Below are positions 18,310-30,391 of a DNA stretch of 60,383 nt, piece after piece. The first letter of the stretch is position 1; the number at the start of each line of letters is the position of its first letter. The notes beneath the pieces were generated by a model, which did no database searches, was not told the origin of the DNA, and worked only from the letters and a program-made list of their open reading frames with translations. The position numbers and the translations under genes were made by a program. The DNA is from Patescibacteria group bacterium (lineage in GTDB: Bacteria; Patescibacteriota; Patescibacteriia; UBA9570), in NCBI GenBank assembly GCA_024277435.1, contig JAJRVJ010000025.1, positions 1 through 60,383 on the forward strand, written 5' to 3'.

Positions 18310-20214
18310 TTATTCCCGATATGGGCCGCGTAACTCATATTCATTTGTTGTGGCAGCGACGTACATTCGAATGCTATTATTATCCCCCGCTAGATCAATC
18401 CCTCTTCCGCTGAACACATAATATGGTTCTATCCGTCTATTCAACTCATCAAATACATACTCTAAAGCTACATCATCAATAATAATTTCACTCAATCTAT
18501 CTTCTTGATATTGGTGATTCCATTGCGAATATACCCGTAAATAGCGTTGATATTCAGCCCGCTCATCAGTTGTTGGATAATAAAAGTCTTCAAGAATATT
18601 CACTGCTTGATCCAACGAAATAATATCGGTAATTGTCGATCGCACCATATGCTCACGTAATGTATCAAGCCGATCTACCTTTATACTTGTTACGGTATTG
18701 CCATGTAATTGCACACTAATACCACGAAAACGCATTGGCATTGTATCTTCAGCTGAATCTCCATAACGTAATAGTGTATGCACTGGATAGTAAACAAACT
18801 GCCAATCCTGAATAGAATCCTGACTCCCATCTTTACACACCGCATCTTTTTTAATTCTCTGACCATCGGAACTTATCCGAATTGCTCGCAGCTCATCTTC
18901 TTCAACCTCAACAAAATTATGTGAGCGTAAAAAATCATATCCAATCTCTCTAATATCATCCTCATCATATTGATCTGTTAAGTTCTCTAAATCACATATA
19001 GCAGCCTGGCGCATTTGGTAATCCACTCGACCATCATTATTAAATGAAACAAAGAGGGGTTTAAAATCTGTATCAGAATCCTCAATATAATACGTGCCAT
19101 TCACATATGTGAAATCATTTAACGGCAATGAGAAAAAATGACGGAATGCAGCAAGTTGCAACTGCTCCTTTGTAAGAGCTTCTGGAACAGTATAGGTAAA
19201 TGTTTCAGTAATCGCACGATAATCCTCGGTGATTATATTTACATCAATATCTGGCCGCACCTCTTCCCCGCTACCAGACTCTGTTAAAGTGTCCTTCACG
19301 TAATTCGTTCCATACAACCTACCTTCGGCCTCCGTGAGTGATTCTTTTGTTTTTTGAATATCTGGTAATGCCCCACTATTTAATAGTGCTTGAGGACGCT
19401 GATCAAGAATTGGTCGAATTATAGGCTTCGTCTCTTCCACTACTTCTGTAACAATCGGCTGTGGTGCATTCACATACCAGGTAGCCACACTAACAACAGC
19501 AATAATACTAATCACAAATCCTAACGGAATTGGGCCAAGAAATGAACGCCACCATGATCGACGTACAAATGTTGGAGAAGATGATTTTCCACCCATTACC
19601 TCACGATTCATGCGTGTTAATTTAGAACTCGATAAAGAAGCAACGCTAGACCTACTAGAAAACAGTTTCTGTAGCGCTTGCTCAGGATCTTCCATACTGT
19701 GTTGTAAACGCTTTAATACAGATGTATAAATTTCTTCGATCTGTGTAAATTCCTTATTCAATACCAACCCAATTTCATAACTTGAAAGATGCGGGCCATG
19801 CCATAATTCGATAACTGTTAATGAATCAAAATCCAAATGCTGTAAGGCCTGCCATAAATGTAATTGATCGGCTGATAATTTCTTACGTAGCGTTTGTGGA
19901 ACCTGACGCTGCGTTTTTGTAAACTTCGTTCGATGACGACGAGCCTGACTATATGCTAATGAAAATAAATACGAACGATATGTTACTTGCCCTGGTACAA
20001 AAGCATGAAAATATTTGTACGCCTTCCAAAATACATACTGCGTTGTATCTTCCGTAAGATGTGTATGATAAAATAGCGTACTATAACAATAGCTATATAT
20101 TTGATTACTATAGAGTTTGAATAACTCAATAAATGCGCGATCAAGATCCTCATCTTTAGCGTGCAATATATCAGCTTCAGTAAGTGATTGAGCTTTGGGT
20201 TTACGAGGTGTCAT
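18310..20214 (-). CDS. ECF sigma-70-like domain fused to a TM helix and a large extracytoplasmic domain
   Basis: The N-terminus has region-2-like (LFKLYSNQIYSYCYS...EDTTQYVFWKAYKYF) and region-4-like (LTVIELWHGPHLSSYEIGLVLNKEFTQIEEIYTSVLKRL) sequence. A TM helix follows (GPIPLGFVISIIAVVSVATWYV), then about 390 aa. Confidence 0.65.
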   Translation of the reverse strand: MTPRKPKAQSLTEADILHAKDEDLDRAFIELFKLYSNQIYSYCYSTLFYHTHLTEDTTQYVFWKAYKYFHAFVPGQVTYRSYLFSLAYSQARRHRTKFTKTQRQVPQTLRKKLSADQLHLWQALQHLDFDSLTVIELWHGPHLSSYEIGLVLNKEFTQIEEIYTSVLKRLQHSMEDPEQALQKLFSSRSSVASLSSSKLTRMNREVMGGKSSSPTFVRRSWWRSFLGPIPLGFVISIIAVVSVATWYVNAPQPIVTEVVEETKPIIRPILDQRPQALLNSGALPDIQKTKESLTEAEGRLYGTNYVKDTLTESGSGEEVRPDIDVNIITEDYRAITETFTYTVPEALTKEQLQLAAFRHFFSLPLNDFTYVNGTYYIEDSDTDFKPLFVSFNNDGRVDYQMRQAAICDLENLTDQYDEDDIREIGYDFLRSHNFVEVEEDELRAIRISSDGQRIKKDAVCKDGSQDSIQDWQFVYYPVHTLLRYGDSAEDTMPMRFRGISVQLHGNTVTSIKVDRLDTLREHMVRSTITDIISLDQAVNILEDFYYPTTDERAEYQRYLRVYSQWNHQYQEDRLSEIIIDDVALEYVFDELNRRIEPYYVFSGRGIDLAGDNNSIRMYVAATTNEYELRGPYRE

Positions 20215-20555
20215 CAGAACTCAGTATACTGAAAATACGGTGTTCTGGCGAGTGCATCATTATATGGAATGATTGGCCGACTACGCACGAGCCTACACGT
20301 AATCGACCAGTCGCTCAACAAAAAAACGGCACCCTTTTGGGGTCACCGATATCCTGTCTGCGAGGTGAGTTTATAGATGTACTTTGCTTATAAGAGCCTA
20401 CACAGGAAGCACATATGAATTTGTGCCATTATATGATACTGAACGTATTTGTCAATTGTGCTACTATGCTTTTGACATCAACTATTATTATAGGTTTGAC
20501 AATACTACGATTCTCCTATAGTATTTGCTACGCACTCTCTAAAAGAGTACTACGT

Positions 20556-20627
20556 CGCGGGGTGGAGCAGTGGCAGCTCGGGTGGCTCATAACCATCAGG
20601 TCGAGGGTTCGAATCCCTCCCCCGCAA
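20556..20627 (+). tRNA. tRNA-Met (anticodon CAT), probably the initiator
   Basis: A cloverleaf was built by hand: acceptor cgcgggg/ccccgca with a C1-A72 mismatch, D arm gagc-agtggca-gctc, anticodon arm ggtgg-ctCATaa-ccatc, and T arm gaggg-ttcgaat-ccctc. No CCA is encoded. Confidence 0.85.
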
Positions 20628-20633
20628 CATTCT

Positions 20634-20661
20634 AAAACCCGGTTAATTAACCGGGTTTTTT
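20634..20661 (+). terminator. Rho-independent terminator after the tRNA
   Basis: aaaacccggttaattaaccgggtttttt. Confidence 0.75.
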
Positions 20662-20706
20662 ATTAACAGCGATAAATAATAAACTGACCGCTATATTGTT
20701 ATTGGT

Positions 20707-21945
20707 ATGTTGACAAAATGGCTTTTTTTGTCTATACTGCAATGTTATATAATCAACATTTTAGATACATACATGGGATACCGCGGAGTAGAAAGATTTT
20801 ATCAACGACATGGAAGGTCGGATCCCTTTGCGCGAAATCGTGACCGCCTATCAAAACAAGCAGCCACAAACAATCCACTAGAAACTGAAAGTATAGCTGA
20901 AACGTGGCAAGATAGAGCCTTTGCGGAACTTTCTCCGGCTGATAGAAAAAAGATGGATACATTACGCTACTCTTTTGCGAAACGTGGCCCGAATCAACAA
21001 TGGTACTATGCAGGCGCAGGAGCTGATGAGCTACCAACTCTAATAGCGCCAACAGACACTAATCACTGGCGAGTTGATCTACGATACGGTGATGACACCA
21101 TATACAGTGGTGGACCTTATAAAGATCGCACATTGCTACCATATAAACATTTGGGAGTAAGTACAGAAGTATCCTCATCAAGAAAAAATCGAACTGATAT
21201 TTCAGTTGACTCAGAAACTCAAATACACCTCATAGAAGGAGATGCTACAAATTCAGAAACATTACCGGAAGCACCCATTGATGTTATATATAATACTAAA
21301 ACATCCTTCTTTGATACCGCTGGCCCAATCACTGCTCTAGAACGATTAAAAAAAGGTGGATTATATGTAGATGTAGCACGTACAAACAACAATCATAAAA
21401 ATCGAAATCCCTATATGGTAGGAAAAACATTGGAGGATTTTGGGCTACGCCAATTAGCACAAGTTGAAATTGAATCACTAAACATTCCTGCGATTAATAA
21501 CACATCAAATATTGCACGCGGACAGCGGGTAGTATTTACTGTATTTGAAAAAACTCGCGACTTTGCCCCAGAGGAAGTTGATGAGCTCACGGCAGACGCT
21601 CTACTAAAAAATATTATTCATAATATTGGCTTTATTCTAAGGGCAGAATATAGTGATGATTACAATGATCAAATAGAAAGATTACATCAGGAATATCAAG
21701 ATATGCTACAAAAAACTGTTACGCACTTATTCGAATGTAGCTCCTCTCTAGCAAAAGAGAGTATAAGCAATGCCCTAACGAGCCTTTTGCACAGCGAGGT
21801 AGGTTTAAAAATCATAAAAATAAAAATGGGAATGAGTCAAATTCCCAAATCTATTATCGATTCAATAACTGAAAGACCAGCAATCTTCGATGAACTTCAC
21901 AATAACTACGTACAAGCTGTGCGTAGATATAGCGAAGGTAGTTAA
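20707..21945 (+). CDS. Hypothetical protein
   Basis: 412-aa ORF with host composition. I recognised no family. A possible start is MGYRGVERF at 20773. Confidence 0.55.
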   Translation: MLTKWLFLSILQCYIINILDTYMGYRGVERFYQRHGRSDPFARNRDRLSKQAATNNPLETESIAETWQDRAFAELSPADRKKMDTLRYSFAKRGPNQQWYYAGAGADELPTLIAPTDTNHWRVDLRYGDDTIYSGGPYKDRTLLPYKHLGVSTEVSSSRKNRTDISVDSETQIHLIEGDATNSETLPEAPIDVIYNTKTSFFDTAGPITALERLKKGGLYVDVARTNNNHKNRNPYMVGKTLEDFGLRQLAQVEIESLNIPAINNTSNIARGQRVVFTVFEKTRDFAPEEVDELTADALLKNIIHNIGFILRAEYSDDYNDQIERLHQEYQDMLQKTVTHLFECSSSLAKESISNALTSLLHSEVGLKIIKIKMGMSQIPKSIIDSITERPAIFDELHNNYVQAVRRYSEGS

Positions 21946-21978
21946 GTAAGACTTCAATATATACGCTATACTATATAA

Positions 21979-22869
21979 ATGCACATACTCGTAGTCTATA
22001 ATCCGGTTGCCGGCTTTGCCTTTAAATTAGAAAATGCCAAAAATGTTATTCAGCGCTATTTAGATAAACGCGATATTAAATATACGTGGCTAGAAACCGA
22101 TAAAGAAACGAATCAACATATTGTTGATGAATTACACAAAAACTATGAACGTATTCTCGTATGTGGTGGCGATGGTACCGTTCGCGAAATTGCCAACGAA
22201 CTCATCCGCCTCAAAAGCCCAACACCATTAGCCATCATGCCATTAGGAACTATGAATGTAATGGCATTAAGCTTAAATATTCCACTAACAATTCGGCGGG
22301 CACTGCATTATGCGTTGTATAAACCATCTACCTCCCTTGATGTTGGTTTAGTAAACAATAAACGGCATTTCTTTATTGCCTGCGGCGTTGGTTATGACGC
22401 AGAAATAATGCACGGTACCAAACGCTATATTAAACGCTGGTTAGGTCCATTTTCCTACTGGATCGTAGCGTTTGCTAAATCGTGGCGCAACCAACCTATT
22501 AAGGGCACTCTTACCACAGACTATGGTAGTGAGAATATTTCTATAAGTACACTAATAAGTTTTAATGTAAAAACTCTGATTGCTCGCCATCCATTAATAC
22601 GCCGGCAACCACATGCTGGAAAACTGGATATCCTGATTGCTGATTATATATCTGTAGGAAATGTACTACGATTACTATGGTATATTGTTTGGGATAAACC
22701 CAGAGACACACCACCACTGCGATTATTTACTACATCACAACTTACCTTTACAGCCGATGAACCATTTCAATATGAAATTGATGGTGATGTATTTCAAGAT
22801 ACATCTGTTACTATTACCCTAGTTCCCAACGCATTAAATATAATATGTCCACCACAAAACAAGCGCTAA
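21979..22869 (+). CDS. Diacylglycerol/lipid kinase family protein (YegS/DagK type)
   Basis: VVYNPVAG, VCGGDGTVREIAN and PLGTMNV. Confidence 0.8.
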   Translation: MHILVVYNPVAGFAFKLENAKNVIQRYLDKRDIKYTWLETDKETNQHIVDELHKNYERILVCGGDGTVREIANELIRLKSPTPLAIMPLGTMNVMALSLNIPLTIRRALHYALYKPSTSLDVGLVNNKRHFFIACGVGYDAEIMHGTKRYIKRWLGPFSYWIVAFAKSWRNQPIKGTLTTDYGSENISISTLISFNVKTLIARHPLIRRQPHAGKLDILIADYISVGNVLRLLWYIVWDKPRDTPPLRLFTTSQLTFTADEPFQYEIDGDVFQDTSVTITLVPNALNIICPPQNKR

Positions 22870-24092
22870 ACCAAATTCTCAACTGGAGTATCATACTCTG
22901 GATATTTTTACTCCCCTGGCAAACCCGCTGGATCACTAACCCTGATGCTGCAAATGAGTTTGTAAAATTTGGAATATACGCCTTCGACATATGGTTCGTT
23001 GTACTCGTTACTATTTACAGCATCTGGTGGTTCATGCATAAAAAAGCTTTTAACGTTGATTCGGTATTCTGGATAATAGCAGGTACATTCACATTACTCA
23101 CTGTAGTAACCTACTTTAGCGATGCTGATGGAGCGTCATTTGCCTATTGGCTACGCATCATTCAAGCCCTTATTGGTTTTGCTATTATCTACACTACAAA
23201 AATTCCTGCACTGCGCATTTTATTAACGCTAGTTATTAATGGGGTCGTACAATCTGGATTAGTACTCTGGCAAGTACTTACACAACACATTCCAGCAAAC
23301 ACCTATTTAGGCATAGCTGAGCATGTACCTACCGTTTCTGGAGTTTCTGTAATAGCCACAACCAGCGAACGCTTACTACGTGGCTACGGAGGGATGCCTC
23401 ATCCCAATAGTGCTGCCGCCATAATACTCCTAGGATCAATTGCTGCGATTATTGCATGGAATCTCTCAAAATCACAATGGATTAAATCACTACTGGTGGC
23501 TGGTGGAGCAATTACTGGATTTGGTATGGTACTTACATTCTCACGAGCAGCCGTACTGGTATGGGTAGGAATAGTGCTACTAGCTATCCTGCTGCGCTAT
23601 ACAGGATTACGAGTGATTACCGCAACACTACTTGGCGCCGTAGTTATTGGTAGTCTATTTAGTTCAGCTATCGTAAGTAGAATTACCGTGAATCAGTATA
23701 CTGAAACCTATTCTCTGGATGAGCGCGCCAATCAAACAAACGTGGCTTTAAAAACATTAGAAGACGTTTGGCCATATGGTATTGGCATAGGAACCTCTAC
23801 ACTTGTTGAACGCGATGACACAAAGGATGATGTAGTATATGCGCCAGCTCCCGTACACAATATGCTACTACTTATTGCTGTTGAATCTGGAATATTTATG
23901 GCTATATTATGGTATCTCATTCCACTTTGGGGGATTACCAAAACTAAACGTTCATCAAACGCAGGATTTGGAACTATGCTGTTAGTAGTAGCCTGTGTAG
24001 GTTTAAGTTTGTTTGATCACTACTTCTGGACACTCCCTACCATGGTTATTTTATGGTGGATGGTGCTTGGGTTACATTTCCGAGAAAATTAA
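22845..24092 (+). CDS. O-antigen ligase/polymerase-like polytopic membrane protein
   Basis: 415 aa with about 10 or more TM helices and a Wzy_C-like loop (LTFSRAAVLVW). Confidence 0.6.
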   Translation: MSTTKQALNQILNWSIILWIFLLPWQTRWITNPDAANEFVKFGIYAFDIWFVVLVTIYSIWWFMHKKAFNVDSVFWIIAGTFTLLTVVTYFSDADGASFAYWLRIIQALIGFAIIYTTKIPALRILLTLVINGVVQSGLVLWQVLTQHIPANTYLGIAEHVPTVSGVSVIATTSERLLRGYGGMPHPNSAAAIILLGSIAAIIAWNLSKSQWIKSLLVAGGAITGFGMVLTFSRAAVLVWVGIVLLAILLRYTGLRVITATLLGAVVIGSLFSSAIVSRITVNQYTETYSLDERANQTNVALKTLEDVWPYGIGIGTSTLVERDDTKDDVVYAPAPVHNMLLLIAVESGIFMAILWYLIPLWGITKTKRSSNAGFGTMLLVVACVGLSLFDHYFWTLPTMVILWWMVLGLHFREN

Positions 24093-24128
24093 ACAAATCA
24101 CGCCTAATGTTAGCCTTTATTAGGCATC

Positions 24129-24156
24129 TTGACAGTATGCCCAGGACTGCTAAAAT
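24129..24156 (+). promoter_or_regulatory. Sigma70-type promoter of groES-groEL
   Basis: TTGACA (24129-24134), a 16-nt spacer, then TAAAAT (24151-24156). Confidence 0.6.
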
Positions 24157-24159
24157 AGC

Positions 24160-24186
24160 TTAGCACTCTTTATAGATGAGTGCTAA
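24160..24186 (+). promoter_or_regulatory. CIRCE element (HrcA operator)
   Basis: TTAGCACTC-tttatagat-GAGTGCTAA is a perfect match to the TTAGCACTC-N9-GAGTGCTAA consensus. It lies directly downstream of the -10 element. Confidence 0.9.
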
Positions 24187-24240
24187 ATATCTTAAAGATA
24201 TTACTAATATTAGCTAATAAATAACTAATCAAAACGATTT

Positions 24241-24516
24241 ATGAATTTACAACCCGTTGGTGATCGCGTATTAGTACGACCCCTCAGCGAAGAAGAAGTA
24301 ACCGCTTCTGGCCTTGTTCTTCCTGATACCGTAGACCGCGAAAAAAAAGCTGAAGGCGAAGTAGTAGCCCTTAGTGACTCTGAAGACGTTAAAAAACTTA
24401 ACCTCAAAGTTGGCGATACTGTATTGTACGGAAAATACGCCGGCGAAGATGTTGACTATAAAGGTGAAGATTTTAAATTTTTGAAAGACGACGAAATTTT
24501 AGCTGTCGTTAAATAA
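24241..24516 (+). CDS. groES: Co-chaperonin GroES
   Basis: 91 aa: LQPVGDRVLVRP...GLVLPDT...VGDTVLYGKYAG. Confidence 0.95.
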   Translation: MNLQPVGDRVLVRPLSEEEVTASGLVLPDTVDREKKAEGEVVALSDSEDVKKLNLKVGDTVLYGKYAGEDVDYKGEDFKFLKDDEILAVVK

Positions 24517-24538
24517 TAATTAATTCAGATACTGATAG

Positions 24539-26182
<1,644 letters not shown>

Positions 26183-26204
26183 ATCATACCTAAGGAAATA
26201 CATG

Positions 26205-26230
26205 CAGGCGCTCATATGGGCGCCTGTTTT
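26205..26230 (+). terminator. Rho-independent terminator after groEL
   Basis: caggcgc-tcatatgg-gcgcctg followed by tttt. Confidence 0.75.
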
Positions 26231-26304
26231 GGTAGTAGAAATAAACTCCAAATTATGATATACTACTGTATAGACAACATTAATTAGTTATATACATTAC
26301 ATAT

Positions 26305-26628
26305 ATGACACCAGAACAAGGATCCGTTCTCAACTTCGATCCAAAAGATGTTGAGGAAAATAAAGTGATAGCTGCGCTTAGCTATCTTAGTATTTTGGTA
26401 TTCATACCTCTACTTACTAAGAAAGATAGTAAATTTGCACAAGCTCACGCTAAACAAGGTTTAGTAATGCTTATTGCAGCAGTAGTACTCAGCTTTATTC
26501 CGATTGCTGGCTGGGCGCTCGATATTGTTATCTTCATTATCGGGTTAGTGGCATTAATTAATGCGCTACAAGGTAAATACTGGAAAGTGCCTTTGGCTCA
26601 TGACTTGGCTCAAAAGCTTAATATCTAA
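26305..26628 (+). CDS. DUF4870-like small membrane protein
   Basis: 107 aa: KVIAALSYLSILVFIPLLTKKDSKFAQAHAKQGLVM plus two further TM helices. Confidence 0.65.
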   Translation: MTPEQGSVLNFDPKDVEENKVIAALSYLSILVFIPLLTKKDSKFAQAHAKQGLVMLIAAVVLSFIPIAGWALDIVIFIIGLVALINALQGKYWKVPLAHDLAQKLNI

Positions 26629-26645
26629 ATCCAAAGAGTTAGATA

Positions 26646-26675
26646 TAAAAACCGCCCCTCTCGGGGCGGTTTTTT
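26646..26675. terminator. Bidirectional terminator between convergent genes
   Basis: aaaaaccgcccc-tctc-ggggcggttttt. Confidence 0.8.
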
Positions 26676-26725
26676 AGTAGGGTTTTTTCAGAATAGTAGA
26701 GCTGCTATTAATTATAGCCCTACTA

Positions 26726-27808
26726 TTATGCCTTTTTACCTCCCTTGGGAGCTTCGGCTTTTTTAGCTGCTACATCCTCATCATCTTCGGATGTTTTTAC
26801 TGCTATAACAATATCTGCTTTAATTTTTTTCACTAACTGAACATTGTCACGTAAATACTGCTTGGCATTCTCACGCCCAACACCCAATTTTTCTTCTTTA
26901 TAACTATAGGTGTTACCAGATTTATCTACCACACCAAATTGAACACCAACTTCTAAAACGTCTCCCGCAATAGAAATGCCTTCGTTAAACATGATATCAA
27001 ACTCGGTTGTACGAAATGGAGCAGCTACTTTATTCTTTACAATCTTCGCTTTTACTCTATTACCTACTACACGATCACCTTGTTTAATCTGCGCACGACG
27101 CCGCACTTCAATACGTACGGAAGAATAAAATTTCAATGCGTTACCACCCGGTGTTGTTTCCGGATTACCAAACATCACACCAATCTTCATACGAATTTGG
27201 TTGATGAAAATAACAATACAATCACTCTTACCAACAACTGGAGTTAACTTACGCAGGGCTTTACTCATAAGCCGAGCTTGTAGACCCATTTGTTGATCGC
27301 CCATCTCACCTTCAATTTCTGCTTTTGGCGTAAGTGCAGCTACTGAATCTACAACAATTACATCTACTCCACCAGATCGCACAAGTGTTTCCACAATATC
27401 AAGAGCTTGCTCACCACTATCCGGCTGAGAGATTAATAGCTCCTCAATGTTAATACCAATTTTTTTAGCATACTCTGGATCCAGAGCATGTTCAGCATCT
27501 ACAAAAGCAGCTACTCCACCTTGCTTCTGAGTCTCAGCTACAATGTGTTGCGCTAGTGTAGTTTTACCAGCAGCTTCTGGCCCGTAAATTTCTACTACTC
27601 GTCCACGCGGCACGCCACCTACTCCAAGTGCTAAATCTAATGAGATACACCCGGTAGGTATAGCATCAACTTTCATTTTTTTAGCTTCTCCCATTTTCAT
27701 AATAGCTGTTTCACCAAACCGCTCTCGGATCTGGCTAATAGCCGCCTGCGTTGCCTTACTTTTTCCTGCTGTACCATCTACAGCATCAGTTGTTTTTTTC
27801 TTTGCCAT
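26726..27808 (-). CDS. recA: Recombinase RecA
   Basis: 360 aa: [54 protein letters not shown]. Confidence 0.97.
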   Translation of the reverse strand: MAKKKTTDAVDGTAGKSKATQAAISQIRERFGETAIMKMGEAKKMKVDAIPTGCISLDLALGVGGVPRGRVVEIYGPEAAGKTTLAQHIVAETQKQGGVAAFVDAEHALDPEYAKKIGINIEELLISQPDSGEQALDIVETLVRSGGVDVIVVDSVAALTPKAEIEGEMGDQQMGLQARLMSKALRKLTPVVGKSDCIVIFINQIRMKIGVMFGNPETTPGGNALKFYSSVRIEVRRRAQIKQGDRVVGNRVKAKIVKNKVAAPFRTTEFDIMFNEGISIAGDVLEVGVQFGVVDKSGNTYSYKEEKLGVGRENAKQYLRDNVQLVKKIKADIVIAVKTSEDDEDVAAKKAEAPKGGKKA

Positions 27809-27819
27809 ATATTTTATTG

Positions 27820-27839
27820 ATCGAATTCATAAATTCGAT
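27820..27839. promoter_or_regulatory. Palindrome immediately upstream of recA
   Basis: ATCGAATT-cata-AATTCGAT has 8-bp perfect arms and lies 12 nt upstream of the recA ATG. Confidence 0.35.
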
Positions 27840-27857
27840 TTACTGTTTATTGATTAA

Positions 27858-28574
27858 CTATTCTATTTGATTATCTGTAGGTTGCGCTTCATCAGTTATA
27901 TTATCAATAGCACCCTGCACTACCACCTGACGAAACTCAACCCGTTCTTTACTACGCTTTGTTTTAGCAACAACCTTAAATACATTAATACCCTCTTGTA
28001 ATAATACATCTTCACTAAATGCGCCATCCTCTGTAACATCAATTGATTTATCATTAATTTGAACGGTAGCTTCAGAAATTGTTTCTCCACTAATAGTCAC
28101 CTTACGATCATCAATATGTAATTGTTCGGGAATTGGGTCCAAATACAACTCTGGAGGCTGAATGATATTGGCCACAGCAAAGCTTACATAAGAGCCTACC
28201 GCAACGATGCCAAAAATCACTGCCAACAATATTACTACCATACGCACCTGTAGTGGTTGCTTAGCTAAATGTGAAGTAGTTGTTGGAATATCAGGATTAG
28301 CCTCATATACTGCTAACTCCTCACGTAGCAATTGTTCTGTATAGTGTTTTCCAAGCTTCAAGTATACAGCGTATTTGCGAACATAATTTTTCACAAACAC
28401 ACTTCCTGGTAAAGCTGTGTAATTACTCTCTTCAATAGCCTTGATATATTCTGGACGAATACGCAGATCTTCCGCTACCACCTCTATATCTATTCCTGCA
28501 TCATTACGGACGCGCCGTAATCGTTCACCCAAGATTTCTGCTCCAGTTACTGTTCGGCGATTAAAATCGTTCAT
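27858..28574 (-). CDS. RodZ-like HTH (XRE-type) membrane protein
   Basis: An N-terminal HTH (LGERLRRVRNDAGIDIEVVAEDLRIRPEYIKAIEE), a TM helix and a C-terminal beta-rich domain. Its start overlaps the ftsK stop (ATGA). Confidence 0.65.
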   Translation of the reverse strand: MNDFNRRTVTGAEILGERLRRVRNDAGIDIEVVAEDLRIRPEYIKAIEESNYTALPGSVFVKNYVRKYAVYLKLGKHYTEQLLREELAVYEANPDIPTTTSHLAKQPLQVRMVVILLAVIFGIVAVGSYVSFAVANIIQPPELYLDPIPEQLHIDDRKVTISGETISEATVQINDKSIDVTEDGAFSEDVLLQEGINVFKVVAKTKRSKERVEFRQVVVQGAIDNITDEAQPTDNQIE

Positions 28575-30391
28575 GATTGATCATCATCAGTGTCGTCATC
28601 CGGTTCATCATCCTCATCACTATCTTCGTCAATAACTTCATCTTCATCAACTTCTTCATATTCTATTTCATCATCCTCATCGAGATCTTCCTCGGCCACC
28701 TCATAGTCTTCATCAAAATTATCTTGAGATTCATCATACGAGGACTCAGTCATATCTTGCCCTCCAAGCACCTCTCTTGGCTTCGCTCCATTGGCTGGCC
28801 CAATGAACCCCTGCTCCTCTAAGATGTCGAGAATTCTAGCTGCTCTAGCATATCCAACCCGTAACCGCCGTTGCAGTAATGAGGCTGAAGCCTTCTGCGC
28901 CTTTACAATTACATCCTTAGCCTGTGGTAATAACTCATCCTGATCTTCACTACTGTCACTAGATTTGCTACCTGGTATATTTGTATTCACCTTAGTAGTA
29001 ACCACCTCATCATCATACTCGGCTTTAGCTTTACTCTTCAAGTACTGCACAACATTACCCACATCTTCTTCATCTACCAACGCCCCTTGTACACGTGTAG
29101 GCTTTGGTGAAGCAGCGCTTAAGTACAACATATCTCCACGGCCCAGTAACTTCTCCGCGCCAGACATATCGATAATTGTTCGAGAATCAACTAATGAAGC
29201 CGTATTGAAGGCGCAACGTGATGTAATATTGGCTTTAATTAAACCGGTAATCACATCAACTGATGGGCGTTGTGTAGCAAGCACTAAATGAATACCTACC
29301 GCACGAGCCATTTGTGCCAATCGCACAATCGCCGCCTCTACCTCTCTTGGAGAAGTTGCCATCAAGTCTGCTAATTCATCAATCACAAATACAATGAATG
29401 GCATGGTTGCGTCTGGATTTGCTTTATTATACCCAGCAATATCACGCTTCTTTGCATTTGATAACACATCGTAACGCCTATCCATTTCATTCACACACCA
29501 ACGCAATGCGTTAATTGTTTTCTGTACATTAGTAATTACCGGGGTAAGTAAATGAGGAATATTATCATACATTGTAAATTCCACACGCTTCGGATCAACC
29601 ATAATCAACTTCAAATCATCTGGTCCATTCTGATACAACAAGCTAATCAAAATTGTATTAATACATACCGATTTACCAGAGCCAGTTGCACCAGCCACAA
29701 GTAAATGAGGCATCTTATCAAGATTCGCAATTAATGGCTTACCAGATACATCTCTACCAAAGGGAATACTAAGATGACTTTTACGATTCTTGAATTCTTC
29801 AGATTGTAATAATTCGTGTAAACCAACTTGCGCAGCTGCTACATTAGGTACTTCTATACCAATAAGTGCTTTTCCAGGAATAGGAGCTTCAATTCTAATT
29901 GGATGAGCAGCTAATGCTAATGCTAAATCGTTTTGCAAAGACATAACTTGCGAAACTTTCACACCACTCGCTGGCTTAAATGTATACTGCGTAACGGTAG
30001 GGCCGATATTTACAGCACCCATATCTACATCAATACCAAAGTTCTTCAATGTTTTATGAATAATCTCTTTATTACTCTCAATATCTCCACTAGTTGGCTT
30101 GCTACGCTTCTTTGATAACAGGCTCAATGGTAAATCTATCTGCCGATGCCTCTTAGACAAATGAATTAACTCCATCTGCTCAGGATCCTCCGCTTCTCCA
30201 CCATCCTCTTCTTCATCGCTTTCATCAATATCTTCTTCCACTGTATCTTCATCCTCATCTTCTTCAGTGCCCTCCTCATATTCATCTTCATCCTCTACGT
30301 CTCGTTGAGAAAAATCATTAATTACAGTTTCTTCATTTTCGTCTTCATAATAATCTTCTTCGACTTGCTCTACTACACGCTCTCTTGCCAC
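28571..30391 (-). CDS. ftsK: DNA translocase FtsK/SpoIIIE: acidic linker, motor and gamma domains
   Basis: Walker A VAGATGSGKSV, Walker B FIVFVIDELADL, and the gamma winged helix SASLLQRRLRVGYARAARILDILEE. A GTG start directly follows the TAA of 30392..30961. Confidence 0.9.
   Translation of the reverse strand: MARERVVEQVEEDYYEDENEETVINDFSQRDVEDEDEYEEGTEEDEDEDTVEEDIDESDEEEDGGEAEDPEQMELIHLSKRHRQIDLPLSLLSKKRSKPTSGDIESNKEIIHKTLKNFGIDVDMGAVNIGPTVTQYTFKPASGVKVSQVMSLQNDLALALAAHPIRIEAPIPGKALIGIEVPNVAAAQVGLHELLQSEEFKNRKSHLSIPFGRDVSGKPLIANLDKMPHLLVAGATGSGKSVCINTILISLLYQNGPDDLKLIMVDPKRVEFTMYDNIPHLLTPVITNVQKTINALRWCVNEMDRRYDVLSNAKKRDIAGYNKANPDATMPFIVFVIDELADLMATSPREVEAAIVRLAQMARAVGIHLVLATQRPSVDVITGLIKANITSRCAFNTASLVDSRTIIDMSGAEKLLGRGDMLYLSAASPKPTRVQGALVDEEDVGNVVQYLKSKAKAEYDDEVVTTKVNTNIPGSKSSDSSEDQDELLPQAKDVIVKAQKASASLLQRRLRVGYARAARILDILEEQGFIGPANGAKPREVLGGQDMTESSYDESQDNFDEDYEVAEEDLDEDDEIEYEEVDEDEVIDEDSDEDDEPDDDTDDDQS

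Noticed and set aside
20215-20555. A possible ncRNA (tmRNA, RNase P, SRP or 6S) in the 340-nt gap between the sigma-fusion gene and tRNA-Met. The 10-mer gagcctacac occurs twice, at 20289 and 20394.
   Set aside because: I saw no conserved tmRNA T-arm or tag, no RNase P GAGGAAAGUCC motif and no SRP GGAA motif. The region is more simply explained as two divergent promoter and leader regions. The repeat is too short to interpret.
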